Origin: Verrucomicrobiia bacterium
GTDB lineage: Bacteria; Verrucomicrobiota; Verrucomicrobiia; Limisphaerales; UBA8199
Reading direction: 5' to 3'
DNA: 64,000 bases
Assembly: GCA_035294005.1 (NCBI GenBank)
Contig: DATGLT010000242.1
Span: 2,159-66,158 of the forward strand
The translations under genes were made by a program, and so were the position numbers. The notes beneath the pieces are model-generated. The model made no database searches and was not told where the DNA came from. It was given only the letters and a program-made list of their open reading frames with translations. This document shows, in pieces, positions 56,340 to 64,000 of the stretch. Position 1 is the stretch's first letter. Each line of letters opens with the position of its first letter.

Positions 56340-56525
56340 GGAAGAACAGACTTTGCTTCAATAAACACTCAGAGAGGCGGAGTCGCAAGTTGGCAGTGCG
56401 TTGTTGGCGCGCCTCGATTTCAAGTGCAACGGGCGATTCCACCTTGAAATTGGGGGGTTCGCCCGTATTCTTGGTTTAGAACTCGAGACAGGGCCAATTC
56501 GTTGGCCGGGGCACGTTGAAGTAAG

Positions 56526-57263
56526 ATGCTCATGTTCCAGAAGATGCAAACAAATCGCCGAGCGTGGCAAAGTTTTGACGAGATGCGGACTGCCGCAGAG
56601 GAAGGAGACGCGGCGGCTCAATGTTATCTGGGAATCTGCTACCAAACGGGACAGGGAGTGCAGCAGGATTATCAAGAGGCGGTGAAATGGTTTCGGCGAG
56701 CGGCTGACCAGGACGATTCTTCAGCGCAATGTTATCTCGGGTTCTGTTATCAAACGGGGACTGGCGTGCCGCAGGAATTTGGTCAGGCTGCGAAATGGTT
56801 TCGAGAAGCGGCAGAGTTGGGGGATCCAGCAGCGCAGTTCAACCTTGGGGTTCTTTATGAGACCGGCCAGGGTGTCGCTCAAAACTACACCGAAGCGGTA
56901 AAATGGTATCACGCCGCGGCCGAGCAGGGTGAACCGCAGGCCCAATTCAATTTGGGAGTCTTTTACGAGACGGGGCAAGTGGTGCCGCAAAATTTCGAGG
57001 AAGCCGCCCGGTGGTATCGGCTGGCCGCAGAACAGGAGTGCGCCCCGGCCCAATGCAATCTGGGACTTTGTTACGAGACCGGCCGCGGGGTGGAAAAAAA
57101 CGTCCGGGAAGCGGTTCGGTGGTTTTGCCGGGCGGCGCGGGCGGGCGACAAGACGGCGCAGCACAACCTCGGGGTGTACTACGCCACGCTGGAGGCGGCA
57201 GAAAAAGCAACAGCGCAAACGGATGCCGAAGAAGGGGCCGCGGCGACACCCGTCGAATCGTAG
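56526..57263 (+). CDS. Sel1-repeat (TPR-like) protein (245 aa)
   Basis: Five consecutive repeats of about 36 aa of the form AQxxLGxxYxTGQGVxQxxxEAxKWxRxAAEQG. Confidence 0.85.
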   Translation: MLMFQKMQTNRRAWQSFDEMRTAAEEGDAAAQCYLGICYQTGQGVQQDYQEAVKWFRRAADQDDSSAQCYLGFCYQTGTGVPQEFGQAAKWFREAAELGDPAAQFNLGVLYETGQGVAQNYTEAVKWYHAAAEQGEPQAQFNLGVFYETGQVVPQNFEEAARWYRLAAEQECAPAQCNLGLCYETGRGVEKNVREAVRWFCRAARAGDKTAQHNLGVYYATLEAAEKATAQTDAEEGAAATPVES

Positions 57264-57380
57264 CCGTTTAGGTTCGGGCGGCGCCGCTCTTTCTCTTTCA
57301 AGTGGGTTCACTTCGGTTCGTTGGGAACCCGATTTGCCCATTGACTCGGGGAGAGTGTTTGGTGAACGTAGCGCTCCATT

Positions 57381-58937
57381 ATGGAGCAGCGTGTGCGCAG
57401 AGCATTACTTTCGGTATCGGACAAATCGGGTTTGATAACGCTGGCCGGGCGCCTGGTGTCAGCCGGGGTGGAACTTATCTCGACGGGAGGAACCGCGCGG
57501 GCCCTGAGAGAATCGAATATCAAGGTGACGGAGTTGAGCGCCTACACAGGGTTTCCGGAGATGCTGGACGGGCGTGTAAAGACTCTGCATCCGAAGGTTC
57601 ACGGCGGGCTTCTGTTTATTCGTGGGAATTCCGAGCATGAAGCGGCGATCCGAGCCCATGGGATTGAACCGATCGACCTGGTTGTGGTTAACCTTTATCC
57701 TTTTGAGCAGACCGTGGCGCGGCCGGGGGTAACGCTGCCTGAGGCGATCGAAAATATTGATATCGGCGGCCCCTCGATGTTGCGAAGCGCGGCCAAGAAC
57801 CATGAGAGCGTAACGGTCGTGGTCGACCCGGCTGATTATGCAGAGGTTGCGGATCAGATTGCAGCCACAGGACGGACAACGCTGGAATTGCGGCAACGTT
57901 TGGCCGCGAAGGTGTTTTCCCGGACAGCGGCCTACGACGCGGCAATAGCGGCCCACTTAGGGCGTTCGTTTTCGCCGGCCGGCGCGACGGTTCCGCCAGC
58001 GGCGCTGGCCTTGCAAGCGCCTGCGGTTCAAACTTTGCGGTATGGTGAAAACCCTCATCAATCGGCAGCGCTCTACGGCAAATTCAAGGAATACTTTCAG
58101 CAACTCCACGGGAAGGAGCTTTCCTACAACAACATTCTGGATTTGACCGCCGCAACAAGGCTGATTCAGGAGTTTGCCGGCGACGCGCCTTCCCTGGCGA
58201 TTCTCAAGCACATGAACCCCTGCGGGGTCGGGCAGGGTGCCGAACTGCTGGAGGCGTGGAACAAGGCGTTTGCCACCGACCGCCAGGCGCCGTTCGGGGG
58301 AATCATCGCAGTTAACCAGGAACTGGACGAAAAGGTTGCGGGCGCAATCTCGGAAATTTTCAGCGAGGTTATCGTAGCTCCTTCATTCTCGGGGCCCGCG
58401 ATGGATCTGCTGTCAAAGAAGAAGAACCTTCGACTCCTCCGAATCTTGAAGTCGGCGAAAGGAGTCGACTCGTGGGAAATCCGGGCGGTTGGGGCCGAAT
58501 CTTACCTGGCCCAGCAGTGGGACAATGAAGGGACGAGTTTGCAGAATTGGAAGACTGTGACGAAACGGCAGCCGTCCGAGGTGGAACGGGCCGCAATGAC
58601 ATTTGGATGGCGGGTGGTGAAGCACGTTAAATCCAACGCGATTGTTTTTACGGGGCCGGATCGGACCCTCGGCATAGGTGCGGGCCAAATGAGCCGGATC
58701 GACTCAAGCCGGATTGCGGTATGGAAGGCGGGCGAGGCGGGACTTTCCCTGAAGAACAGCGTGGTGTGTAGCGACGCGTTCTTTCCGTTTGCAGACGGAT
58801 TGGTGGCGGCCGCGGAAGCCGGCGCCACGGCGGTCATACAGCCCGGCGGATCGATGAGGGACGCCGAGGTCATTGCGGCGGCGGACCAGAGGGGGATGGC
58901 AATGATCTTTACCAGCGAGCGACATTTCCGGCATTAG
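57381..58937 (+). CDS. purH: bifunctional AICAR formyltransferase / IMP cyclohydrolase
   Basis: 518 aa with RALLSVSDKSGL, GGTARAL, VKTLHPKVHGGLL and a C-terminal FTSERHFRH, canonical for PurH. Confidence 0.92.
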   Translation: MEQRVRRALLSVSDKSGLITLAGRLVSAGVELISTGGTARALRESNIKVTELSAYTGFPEMLDGRVKTLHPKVHGGLLFIRGNSEHEAAIRAHGIEPIDLVVVNLYPFEQTVARPGVTLPEAIENIDIGGPSMLRSAAKNHESVTVVVDPADYAEVADQIAATGRTTLELRQRLAAKVFSRTAAYDAAIAAHLGRSFSPAGATVPPAALALQAPAVQTLRYGENPHQSAALYGKFKEYFQQLHGKELSYNNILDLTAATRLIQEFAGDAPSLAILKHMNPCGVGQGAELLEAWNKAFATDRQAPFGGIIAVNQELDEKVAGAISEIFSEVIVAPSFSGPAMDLLSKKKNLRLLRILKSAKGVDSWEIRAVGAESYLAQQWDNEGTSLQNWKTVTKRQPSEVERAAMTFGWRVVKHVKSNAIVFTGPDRTLGIGAGQMSRIDSSRIAVWKAGEAGLSLKNSVVCSDAFFPFADGLVAAAEAGATAVIQPGGSMRDAEVIAAADQRGMAMIFTSERHFRH

Positions 58938-58953
58938 CCCGCGGTCCAGAGGG

Positions 58954-59340
58954 TTACCTGACAAGCCAATAGAGGACAGCCAATTGGGCCAGGAACACTG
59001 CGGTAATAATGCCCCAGCACATGGCCTCGCCAAAACGTAACCGGCTCTGGCGCACCTCGCCGATCCAAAACTGGAGCCGGACAACTCCCAGTTCAAGGAT
59101 GTCCCCGTTGCGCAACCGAGTTCCGTCGCTGGGCTGGCCGTTTACTCTCACTAAAGCGTTAGGATGAATTCGCAGGCTAAATCCTTCCCGATCCAACTCC
59201 AGGTCAAGGTGTTGCTCCCAAACACCTTCCTCCTCCAGCCTGAGGTCAGAGGAGGCGGCGCGACCGAGCCGTACAGGAAAACGGCGGGCAACCCAGGAGG
59301 TGCCCGCCATTTTGCCAGAAAGGATACGGAATTGAACCAC
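58954..59340 (-). CDS. FHA-domain protein with C-terminal TM helix (128 aa)
   Basis: FRILSGKMAGTSWVARRFPVRLGRAASSDLRL...VRVNGQPS...LRNGDILELG is the FHA pattern. C-terminal helix MCWGIITAVFLAQLAVLYWLV. The GTG start overlaps the upstream stop by 1 nt (TAGTG). Confidence 0.7.
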   Translation of the reverse strand: MVQFRILSGKMAGTSWVARRFPVRLGRAASSDLRLEEEGVWEQHLDLELDREGFSLRIHPNALVRVNGQPSDGTRLRNGDILELGVVRLQFWIGEVRQSRLRFGEAMCWGIITAVFLAQLAVLYWLVR

Positions 59341-60044
59341 TACCAGAGGGGGCCGCGGCGCGGAACGAAGATGTCATCCCCAGGTAAAACCTCCAGGTCG
59401 AGATTCGGGTTCCTGATGGCCTTTTTGCAGTTGATCTTAATCTTCTGACCATTCGCGCGGGTGAGAATAACTGCTGTTTTTCGGGCAAAGTCGGTGAAAT
59501 CGTTGGCGGAAGCAATGGCTTTCAGCACCGTGATGCGGGAAATATAGATTTGACGATTTGGCATCTTGACTTCGCCGCGCACATAGAAGAATTGGGTTTG
59601 CGTCTTCGGACTGATACTTACGGTCATTTTGACGTAATACCGCGGGACGTACCAGTCATGGATTTCTCTCTCGAGTTGACCGCGAGTCTTGCCGGCGGCG
59701 ACGAAAGTTTTTCCTTCGAGCAAAGTAATCGTGCCATCTTCCTTTATCCGCTCGTCGCGCTGCGGGATTGTGACCGCCATATCCGAGAAGTCCACGGTTA
59801 CGGTGTCGCCGACGTGAAGAGTGTCGAGGGTGTCGATGGCTGCGCCGCCACCCGAACCGCTTCCACCGGAAGCAGCGCCAACCGATGCCAATTGGGTTCC
59901 GTTGGGGTCAGGCGTGCCGACGGATTGACTGTCATTCATCCCGGTCTTGCACCCCGTTTGCAACCACGCTGCGAATAGTACGCTAACAACGACTCCCCAA
60001 CGCCCGCATAATCTGCTGACTTTACTCATTTTCTTGCCTATCAC
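59340..60044 (-). CDS. polysaccharide export lipoprotein, Wza-like (234 aa)
   Basis: Lipobox LQTGC. Poly_export-like LHVGDTVTVDF...IKEDGTITLLEGKTFVAAGKTRGQLEREI, plus an SLBB-like C-terminal region. Confidence 0.8.
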   Translation of the reverse strand: MIGKKMSKVSRLCGRWGVVVSVLFAAWLQTGCKTGMNDSQSVGTPDPNGTQLASVGAASGGSGSGGGAAIDTLDTLHVGDTVTVDFSDMAVTIPQRDERIKEDGTITLLEGKTFVAAGKTRGQLEREIHDWYVPRYYVKMTVSISPKTQTQFFYVRGEVKMPNRQIYISRITVLKAIASANDFTDFARKTAVILTRANGQKIKINCKKAIRNPNLDLEVLPGDDIFVPRRGPLW

Positions 60045-60046
60045 TG

Positions 60047-62212
60047 TCAGTATTTCTGCTTGATGTCCAACCTGCTTTTCTCTTCGGCTCCATTTTGAGA
60101 TTTGGGCGCGGGGGCCTGCTCTTCGTTGCGGGAGTAATACTCATGATAATAACCGCTGTAGTAATAGTAGCTCTCGTCCTGAGACATGTTGATGTTGTTC
60201 AGCACGATGCCCGCGAGATTGCCGCCTACCTTTTCAATCATCTGCTTGGCGCGAATATTCATCGGCTGCGGATAGCGCCGATACTGGATGACCTGGACGG
60301 TCATGTCTACTTCGCTGGCAAGGATCGACGCGTCGCTCACGCCCATAACCGGGGGAGAATCGAAGAACACGAAATCGTAGTGCTGCTTGAGTTCGGTGAT
60401 CAAATCCCGCATTTGGGTGGAACTCAGGATGCCCAGCGAACTGCTTGGCAACTTGCCGCTTGCCATGAAGTCCAACGTGGGAAGGCTTGTGGTCTGGATG
60501 ACTTCCTCGAGGGTGTTCTGTTTGAGGAGGTAATTGGTCAGACCAATGTTGTTGGTGACGCGCAACATTTTGTGCAGCGTGGGCCGCCTCAAATCCGAGT
60601 CGACAACGATTACGCGTTGCCCACACTGGGCGAAAACGGCTGCCAGGTTGAAAACGGTGGTTGATTTGCCTTCGCCGGCGCCGGCGCTGACGACCGCCAC
60701 GGTGTTCAGCTTGTCGTCCTTGCGCGAGAACAGGAGATTGGTTCGCAACACGCGGTACGCCTCCGCATGCGGGCTTTCCGCGCCTTCGTGGAGGAGGACA
60801 CCGACGTTCTGGGGGATGACTCCCAGGACGGGCGAACCGAGGGACCGCTCGACGTCGTCGATGGTCTTGACGCTGGTGTCGAGGTACTCAATGAAAAATG
60901 CGAGACCCACGCCGACGACCAAACCAATGACGACGCCCAAGGCGATGTTGAGCGGCTTGTTTGGCCGGACTGGGCGCAAGCCGGCTTTGGCATTGTCCAC
61001 GATTTCCACCATGGAATTTTTGGGCAGTTGGAGGTCCGTTTTCTCCATCGCGATTTTGGTCGTGAGGATTTGCCGGAAGCGAATGAGCTCTTCCAAATCG
61101 TGTTTGGCTTCGAAGTACGGCCTCATCTTGTTGGCCGATTCGACATCGGAATCCTGAGCGCGAGCGACCTCGTTGCTCAGGGCGGACAATCCTTCGGCCG
61201 TGGATTCGACTTTGGCCTGCAAGCCTTTGAGGATTCCATGGGTCCGATCCGTAATCTTCTGCCGCAAATCCTCTTCCTGGGCGACAAGTTTGAGCACTTC
61301 GGTGTGTTCGGGCCCCAATTCCTTGCGAATGGAAACGAGCTTCTGTTCGACCAGGGCGATGGATTCGAGAAAACTCCTCAACTGGTCATCCTGCACGCCG
61401 ATGGTGGGGATGGTCTGGGTGAGCTCCTTCGGCTCGAGTTTTTCGAGGCGATCGAGAAGGGTTCTTTGCTTTACGTATTCGGTGAGGCTATCGATGCGCA
61501 GGGCTTCGATGTGCCGCAGCGTTTCAGCTGTAAGGAGAGTGGTGGGCATGTCGGAGGAAACCACGGCGTCCGGAACTCTGAGTTGGACGCGGAGGTAATC
61601 GACATTGCTCTGGGCCTGGCGCACCCTGCTTTCGTATTCGCCGACGCGGTCTTCGAGGGATTTGATGCCTTCGTTGCCGAACTTGCGACGGGTTTCAAGG
61701 CGGTAAGCCTGGTAGGTTTCGGCGATTTTGTTGGCGATGCGCGCAGCTTCATCGGCATTTTCGCTGTAGACACGGATCTCAATCAAACTGGTATTGCGAA
61801 CGGGGCGCAGATCGATTTGCTTTTTGAGCACGCTCATCGTTTCGGAACTGGTGAATCTCTGGCCGGCATTGTAACGCTTGCCCCACACCTCGTTCAGATT
61901 GAGAGCGTCAATGACCTTGTACAACACGACCTCAGACTGGATAACTTCGAATTCGGTCTGGATGAAATAGGGGTCGTAAGTTCCGAGCGATTGCTGGCCG
62001 GCGAGCGTGGTGATGTCAGACTGGTCCCGCTCGACTTTAATCCGAGCCATGCTGGAGTAGGACTCCGGCAAAATGAAGGTGACGAGGGTGGCCGTAATTA
62101 CCACCAGCAGGAAGACGGCAAGGATAACCGTTTTCCTGATGCGGATGATCCTCCAGTAATCCAGGAAGTGAAGCTTTGTATCCGGAGCGGGTTGAGATTT
62201 GAGAGGATCCAT
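60047..62212 (-). CDS. polysaccharide co-polymerase / tyrosine autokinase, Wzc/GumC-like (721 aa)
   Basis: N-terminal Wzz-like TM and coiled-coil region. The C-terminal P-loop domain has VVSAGAGEGKSTT, VVDSDLRRP and FFDSPPV, with a Tyr-rich tail ESYYYYSGYYHEYYS. Confidence 0.85.
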   Translation of the reverse strand: MDPLKSQPAPDTKLHFLDYWRIIRIRKTVILAVFLLVVITATLVTFILPESYSSMARIKVERDQSDITTLAGQQSLGTYDPYFIQTEFEVIQSEVVLYKVIDALNLNEVWGKRYNAGQRFTSSETMSVLKKQIDLRPVRNTSLIEIRVYSENADEAARIANKIAETYQAYRLETRRKFGNEGIKSLEDRVGEYESRVRQAQSNVDYLRVQLRVPDAVVSSDMPTTLLTAETLRHIEALRIDSLTEYVKQRTLLDRLEKLEPKELTQTIPTIGVQDDQLRSFLESIALVEQKLVSIRKELGPEHTEVLKLVAQEEDLRQKITDRTHGILKGLQAKVESTAEGLSALSNEVARAQDSDVESANKMRPYFEAKHDLEELIRFRQILTTKIAMEKTDLQLPKNSMVEIVDNAKAGLRPVRPNKPLNIALGVVIGLVVGVGLAFFIEYLDTSVKTIDDVERSLGSPVLGVIPQNVGVLLHEGAESPHAEAYRVLRTNLLFSRKDDKLNTVAVVSAGAGEGKSTTVFNLAAVFAQCGQRVIVVDSDLRRPTLHKMLRVTNNIGLTNYLLKQNTLEEVIQTTSLPTLDFMASGKLPSSSLGILSSTQMRDLITELKQHYDFVFFDSPPVMGVSDASILASEVDMTVQVIQYRRYPQPMNIRAKQMIEKVGGNLAGIVLNNINMSQDESYYYYSGYYHEYYSRNEEQAPAPKSQNGAEEKSRLDIKQKY

Positions 62213-62276
62213 AAGTCAGAAAGAAAAGGGGGGCCAGTCATGACGCCCAGCCCCCCGGTCAAAACATCACTGAAGA

Positions 62277-63635
62277 TTAGTACGACGCGGTGACACCGAT
62301 GTAAACCCGGTTGCGGTCGAAGGTCCGGTTCAAAGCCGAGCTGGATTCCAGCCGGTCGTAATTATAGCCGACTTCGGTCGAGAAGTACTGGTTGAAACGG
62401 TATTCGAGGTTCAAGCCGAGCAGGTAATATTGCTCGTCGTTGCTGTTATAGGTGCCGCCCCGGTATTTCGAGTTCTGGAATTGCCCGATCACACTGGCAA
62501 TAAAATGCGGGGTGATGGCGTGATTGAGCGAGAGGTAAACCACGGCGGATTCCGCGTCTAGCGTGGTTGTGCCCGGGAGCCCGGCCCCGACAACGTCGGT
62601 TGCGTTGCGGTCGTAGGAAACGCCACCCTCGACGTAGCTCAGAGGTCCGTAATTATAGCGCAGCGTGCCGTTCACGTAGGGAGTCCAGCTGGTGGAGCCA
62701 ATGCCTGAAATCGCCGCATTGTTGTTATAAAAATCGGTGTAGCTGGCGCCCACGCGGAGGGCTCCTTTGAACTGCGGGGAGAAATTGTGTTCGATACCGG
62801 CATAACCGGTGTGCTCGCGGCTGTCGCGGCTTTTGCTGTAGACCCGTGAATCGCCAAGGAACGGATCGAGATAACCGCCGATGACTTCGTTCGCGTTATA
62901 GGAGACGTCCGTGAACTGGTAACCGATCAACGCCTTGGTTTCGGGCATGATCTGCATTGTGCCTTCCAGATGGGCACGATTCTCGATGCGGTTCAGGGCG
63001 CCAGCGAGGCTCGGCTGGTACAGAGTTCCGCCATCAGCCAAGGGAACCGCGACGGCCCCGCGATCCTTGTAATCATAAAACGCGTTGTCGTACCCGGCCC
63101 CAATCCCAAATTCCGGGGTGAGCTGGGCATCCACGCCGATCATTCCGTGGTTGCGGATGTTATTGCCCGAAACCCGCTGGAACGTGGAGAAGGTATTGCC
63201 CGCGCGCAACAGGTCGGGTTCCTGGCCGATGACAAAAGAGTCACTGACGTTCGCGGCGACTTGCTCGTTAAACGCGTGAGTCAAGCCCGCGTTAAAAGTG
63301 AAGGTGTTGTCGTTATGCCCGGTGCTGTTGAGGGGAATTCGATCGTAGTGCCTAAACGAGTAGAGGGCTCCCAGAGTGACAGTGGTCTGGTCGACGGACC
63401 AAGCCAGGGCCGCGGAGGGGCTCACCTCAAACCCGAAACTATCCCGATGCACACCGGGAGGCAGCGTGACATTGTTGGGGACGGTGGCAGTGTTATCGTC
63501 ATAGAAACCGCGCAACGTGGCGGAGATGCTCCAGGGCTTGGAGGCATCCGGAGCTCCGAGAGCCTGGGCGGAAGCTGTTTGAATTCCCGACGCACCAATG
63601 GCAACCAAACCGACTGAGGCAACGATTTTTTTCAT
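62277..63635 (-). CDS. predicted outer-membrane beta-barrel protein, first gene of the EPS export operon (452 aa)
   Basis: Signal MKKIVASVGLVAIGASGIQTASAQA. There are alternating-hydrophobicity strands rich in Y/G/N, and a C-terminal ...VYIGVTASY ending in an aromatic residue. Confidence 0.65.
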   Translation of the reverse strand: MKKIVASVGLVAIGASGIQTASAQALGAPDASKPWSISATLRGFYDDNTATVPNNVTLPPGVHRDSFGFEVSPSAALAWSVDQTTVTLGALYSFRHYDRIPLNSTGHNDNTFTFNAGLTHAFNEQVAANVSDSFVIGQEPDLLRAGNTFSTFQRVSGNNIRNHGMIGVDAQLTPEFGIGAGYDNAFYDYKDRGAVAVPLADGGTLYQPSLAGALNRIENRAHLEGTMQIMPETKALIGYQFTDVSYNANEVIGGYLDPFLGDSRVYSKSRDSREHTGYAGIEHNFSPQFKGALRVGASYTDFYNNNAAISGIGSTSWTPYVNGTLRYNYGPLSYVEGGVSYDRNATDVVGAGLPGTTTLDAESAVVYLSLNHAITPHFIASVIGQFQNSKYRGGTYNSNDEQYYLLGLNLEYRFNQYFSTEVGYNYDRLESSSALNRTFDRNRVYIGVTASY

Positions 63636-64000
63636 AGATTAGTTTTAGCTTTGTAGCACACCCGAGAAGCGGTGCCAACAATAAATCCTGAATGTTTGTA
63701 TCGAACCAGTTATCCCGCGTCAACCAAATCTTCAAGTTTTTTCGCACTCTACGGGAAAGCCAAACCCGGCCATTTTCAGCCGCTTCTTTGACAAAAAACT
63801 GCTGCCGGACAACTCCCAGTGCGCGAATCGGCTTAGTCGATAGACAAGCGAGTGTTCAAAGTGTTCAAAGTTTTTTTAAGGTGGCGGTTGGAGCCAGTCC
63901 CCAGAGGCGTCAAAGGCCTCAAGTTGCACTTTGCGCGGACGAAAATCTTGGCTTGGCGTGAGCTTTGCCTTTAGCAGTTCAGCTCTTTTTCACGTAAATG

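Noticed and set aside
57264-57380. Possible ZTP (pfl) riboswitch in front of purH
   Set aside because: purH is a classic ZTP-riboswitch target and the leader contains CGGGCGG. However, the partner CCGCCUGGGC-type 3' segment and the GGGUCGUGAC-like core are absent. Only a generic hairpin (GGGTTC...GAACCC, 57304..57330) is present.
60767-62293. 508-aa ORF antisense to the Wzc-like gene
   Set aside because: The explanation is the same: it is codon-aligned with the sense gene (62212-60769 = 1443, divisible by 3). The sense strand has unambiguous Wzz and P-loop kinase motifs, and the antisense translation has none.
63661-63677. TGGCAC on the minus strand about 40 nt upstream of the OMP gene (possible sigma-54 -24 element). 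Similar partial matches occur near 29140, 50575, 34780 and 13425.
   Set aside because: In every case the -12 GC element is missing or at the wrong spacing: N4, N7 or no TTGC where N5 is required. For example, TGGCACCGCTTCTCGG and TGGCAACCCTTTGC. They do not meet the strict sigma-54 geometry.
63751-63771. ACGGGAAAGCCAAACCCGGCC, vaguely reminiscent of the GEMM-I c-di-GMP riboswitch segment GGGACGCAAAGCC..CGGCC
   Set aside because: The first half of the motif (GGCAAACC, tetraloop and receptor hairpin) is absent. There is no downstream plus-strand gene within the window, and the similarity is limited to a few bases.
1-64000. CRISPR arrays, IS elements, integrases, prophage, toxin-antitoxin or known defence genes
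   Set aside because: I read through all track ORFs and the intergenic regions. I saw no regularly spaced repeats, no transposase, integrase, RT or nuclease-helicase type proteins, and no terminal inverted repeats flanking a gene.

Overview
This is a gene-dense chromosomal window with about 62 protein-coding genes on both strands, and almost all of them are housekeeping or envelope functions. I found no rRNA, tRNA, CRISPR array, transposase, integrase, reverse transcriptase or phage genes. The source is probably a PVC-group (Verrucomicrobiota-like) bacterium. That is an inference from a fused ccoN-ccoO, HprK/HPr without PTS permeases, a plant-type GDP-mannose 3,5-epimerase, a prepilin-type [16 protein letters not shown] protein with a DGH C-terminal motif, and Ig-repeat/vWA giant proteins.

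Gene content in window order:
- 1-5903 (-): cbb3 oxidase cluster ccoI-ccoS-ccoNO-ccoQ-like-ccoP-ccoG.
- 6352-8392: a DMT protein, an HDOD response regulator and gatC.
- 8449-13342 (-): kdsA, a 633-aa multi-LptA-like protein, lptB, hprK and ptsH.
- 13478-16575: an orphan receiver protein plus exported hypothetical, nitroreductase and protease genes.
- 16650-20396: modABC and a nifS-like cysteine desulfurase.
- 20594-23704: a 1036-aa Ig/vWA surface protein.
- 23705-24787: a small lower-GC stretch with orphan ORFs.
- 24788-29035: two PepSY-TM paralogs, mnmA, a Ctp protease and a membrane protein.
- 29231-34737: GDP-mannose 3,5-epimerase convergent with an SSS transporter-galM-galK operon.
- 34971-38799: an APC permease and an M3 peptidase.
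- 38800-39477: a 678-bp gap with no convincing gene.
- 39478-41872: a secreted hypothetical, an FkbM methyltransferase and a pseudopilin-like protein.
- 41891-43784 (-): gmhA-gmhB-transaldolase.
- 43950-50570: an aminotransferase, an M48 protease, a CBM48 protein, a beta-helix protein, a TPR membrane protein and DAHP synthase.
- 50703-55880: pgsA-pgpA-lipid kinase, a Tat-signal aldo/keto reductase, an exported lactonase and an AsmA-like protein.
- 55932-58937: a receiver protein, a Sel1-repeat protein and purH.
- 58954-63635 (-): an OMP, Wzc-like, Wza-like and FHA exopolysaccharide export operon.

I do not see a clear-cut new multi-gene system here. The most interesting points are:
- the concatenated LptA-like protein;
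- the FHA gene translationally coupled to Wza;
- the exported AKR and lactonase pair;
- the bacterial GME;
- a few operator-like or structured intergenic elements, whose individual statistical support is modest.
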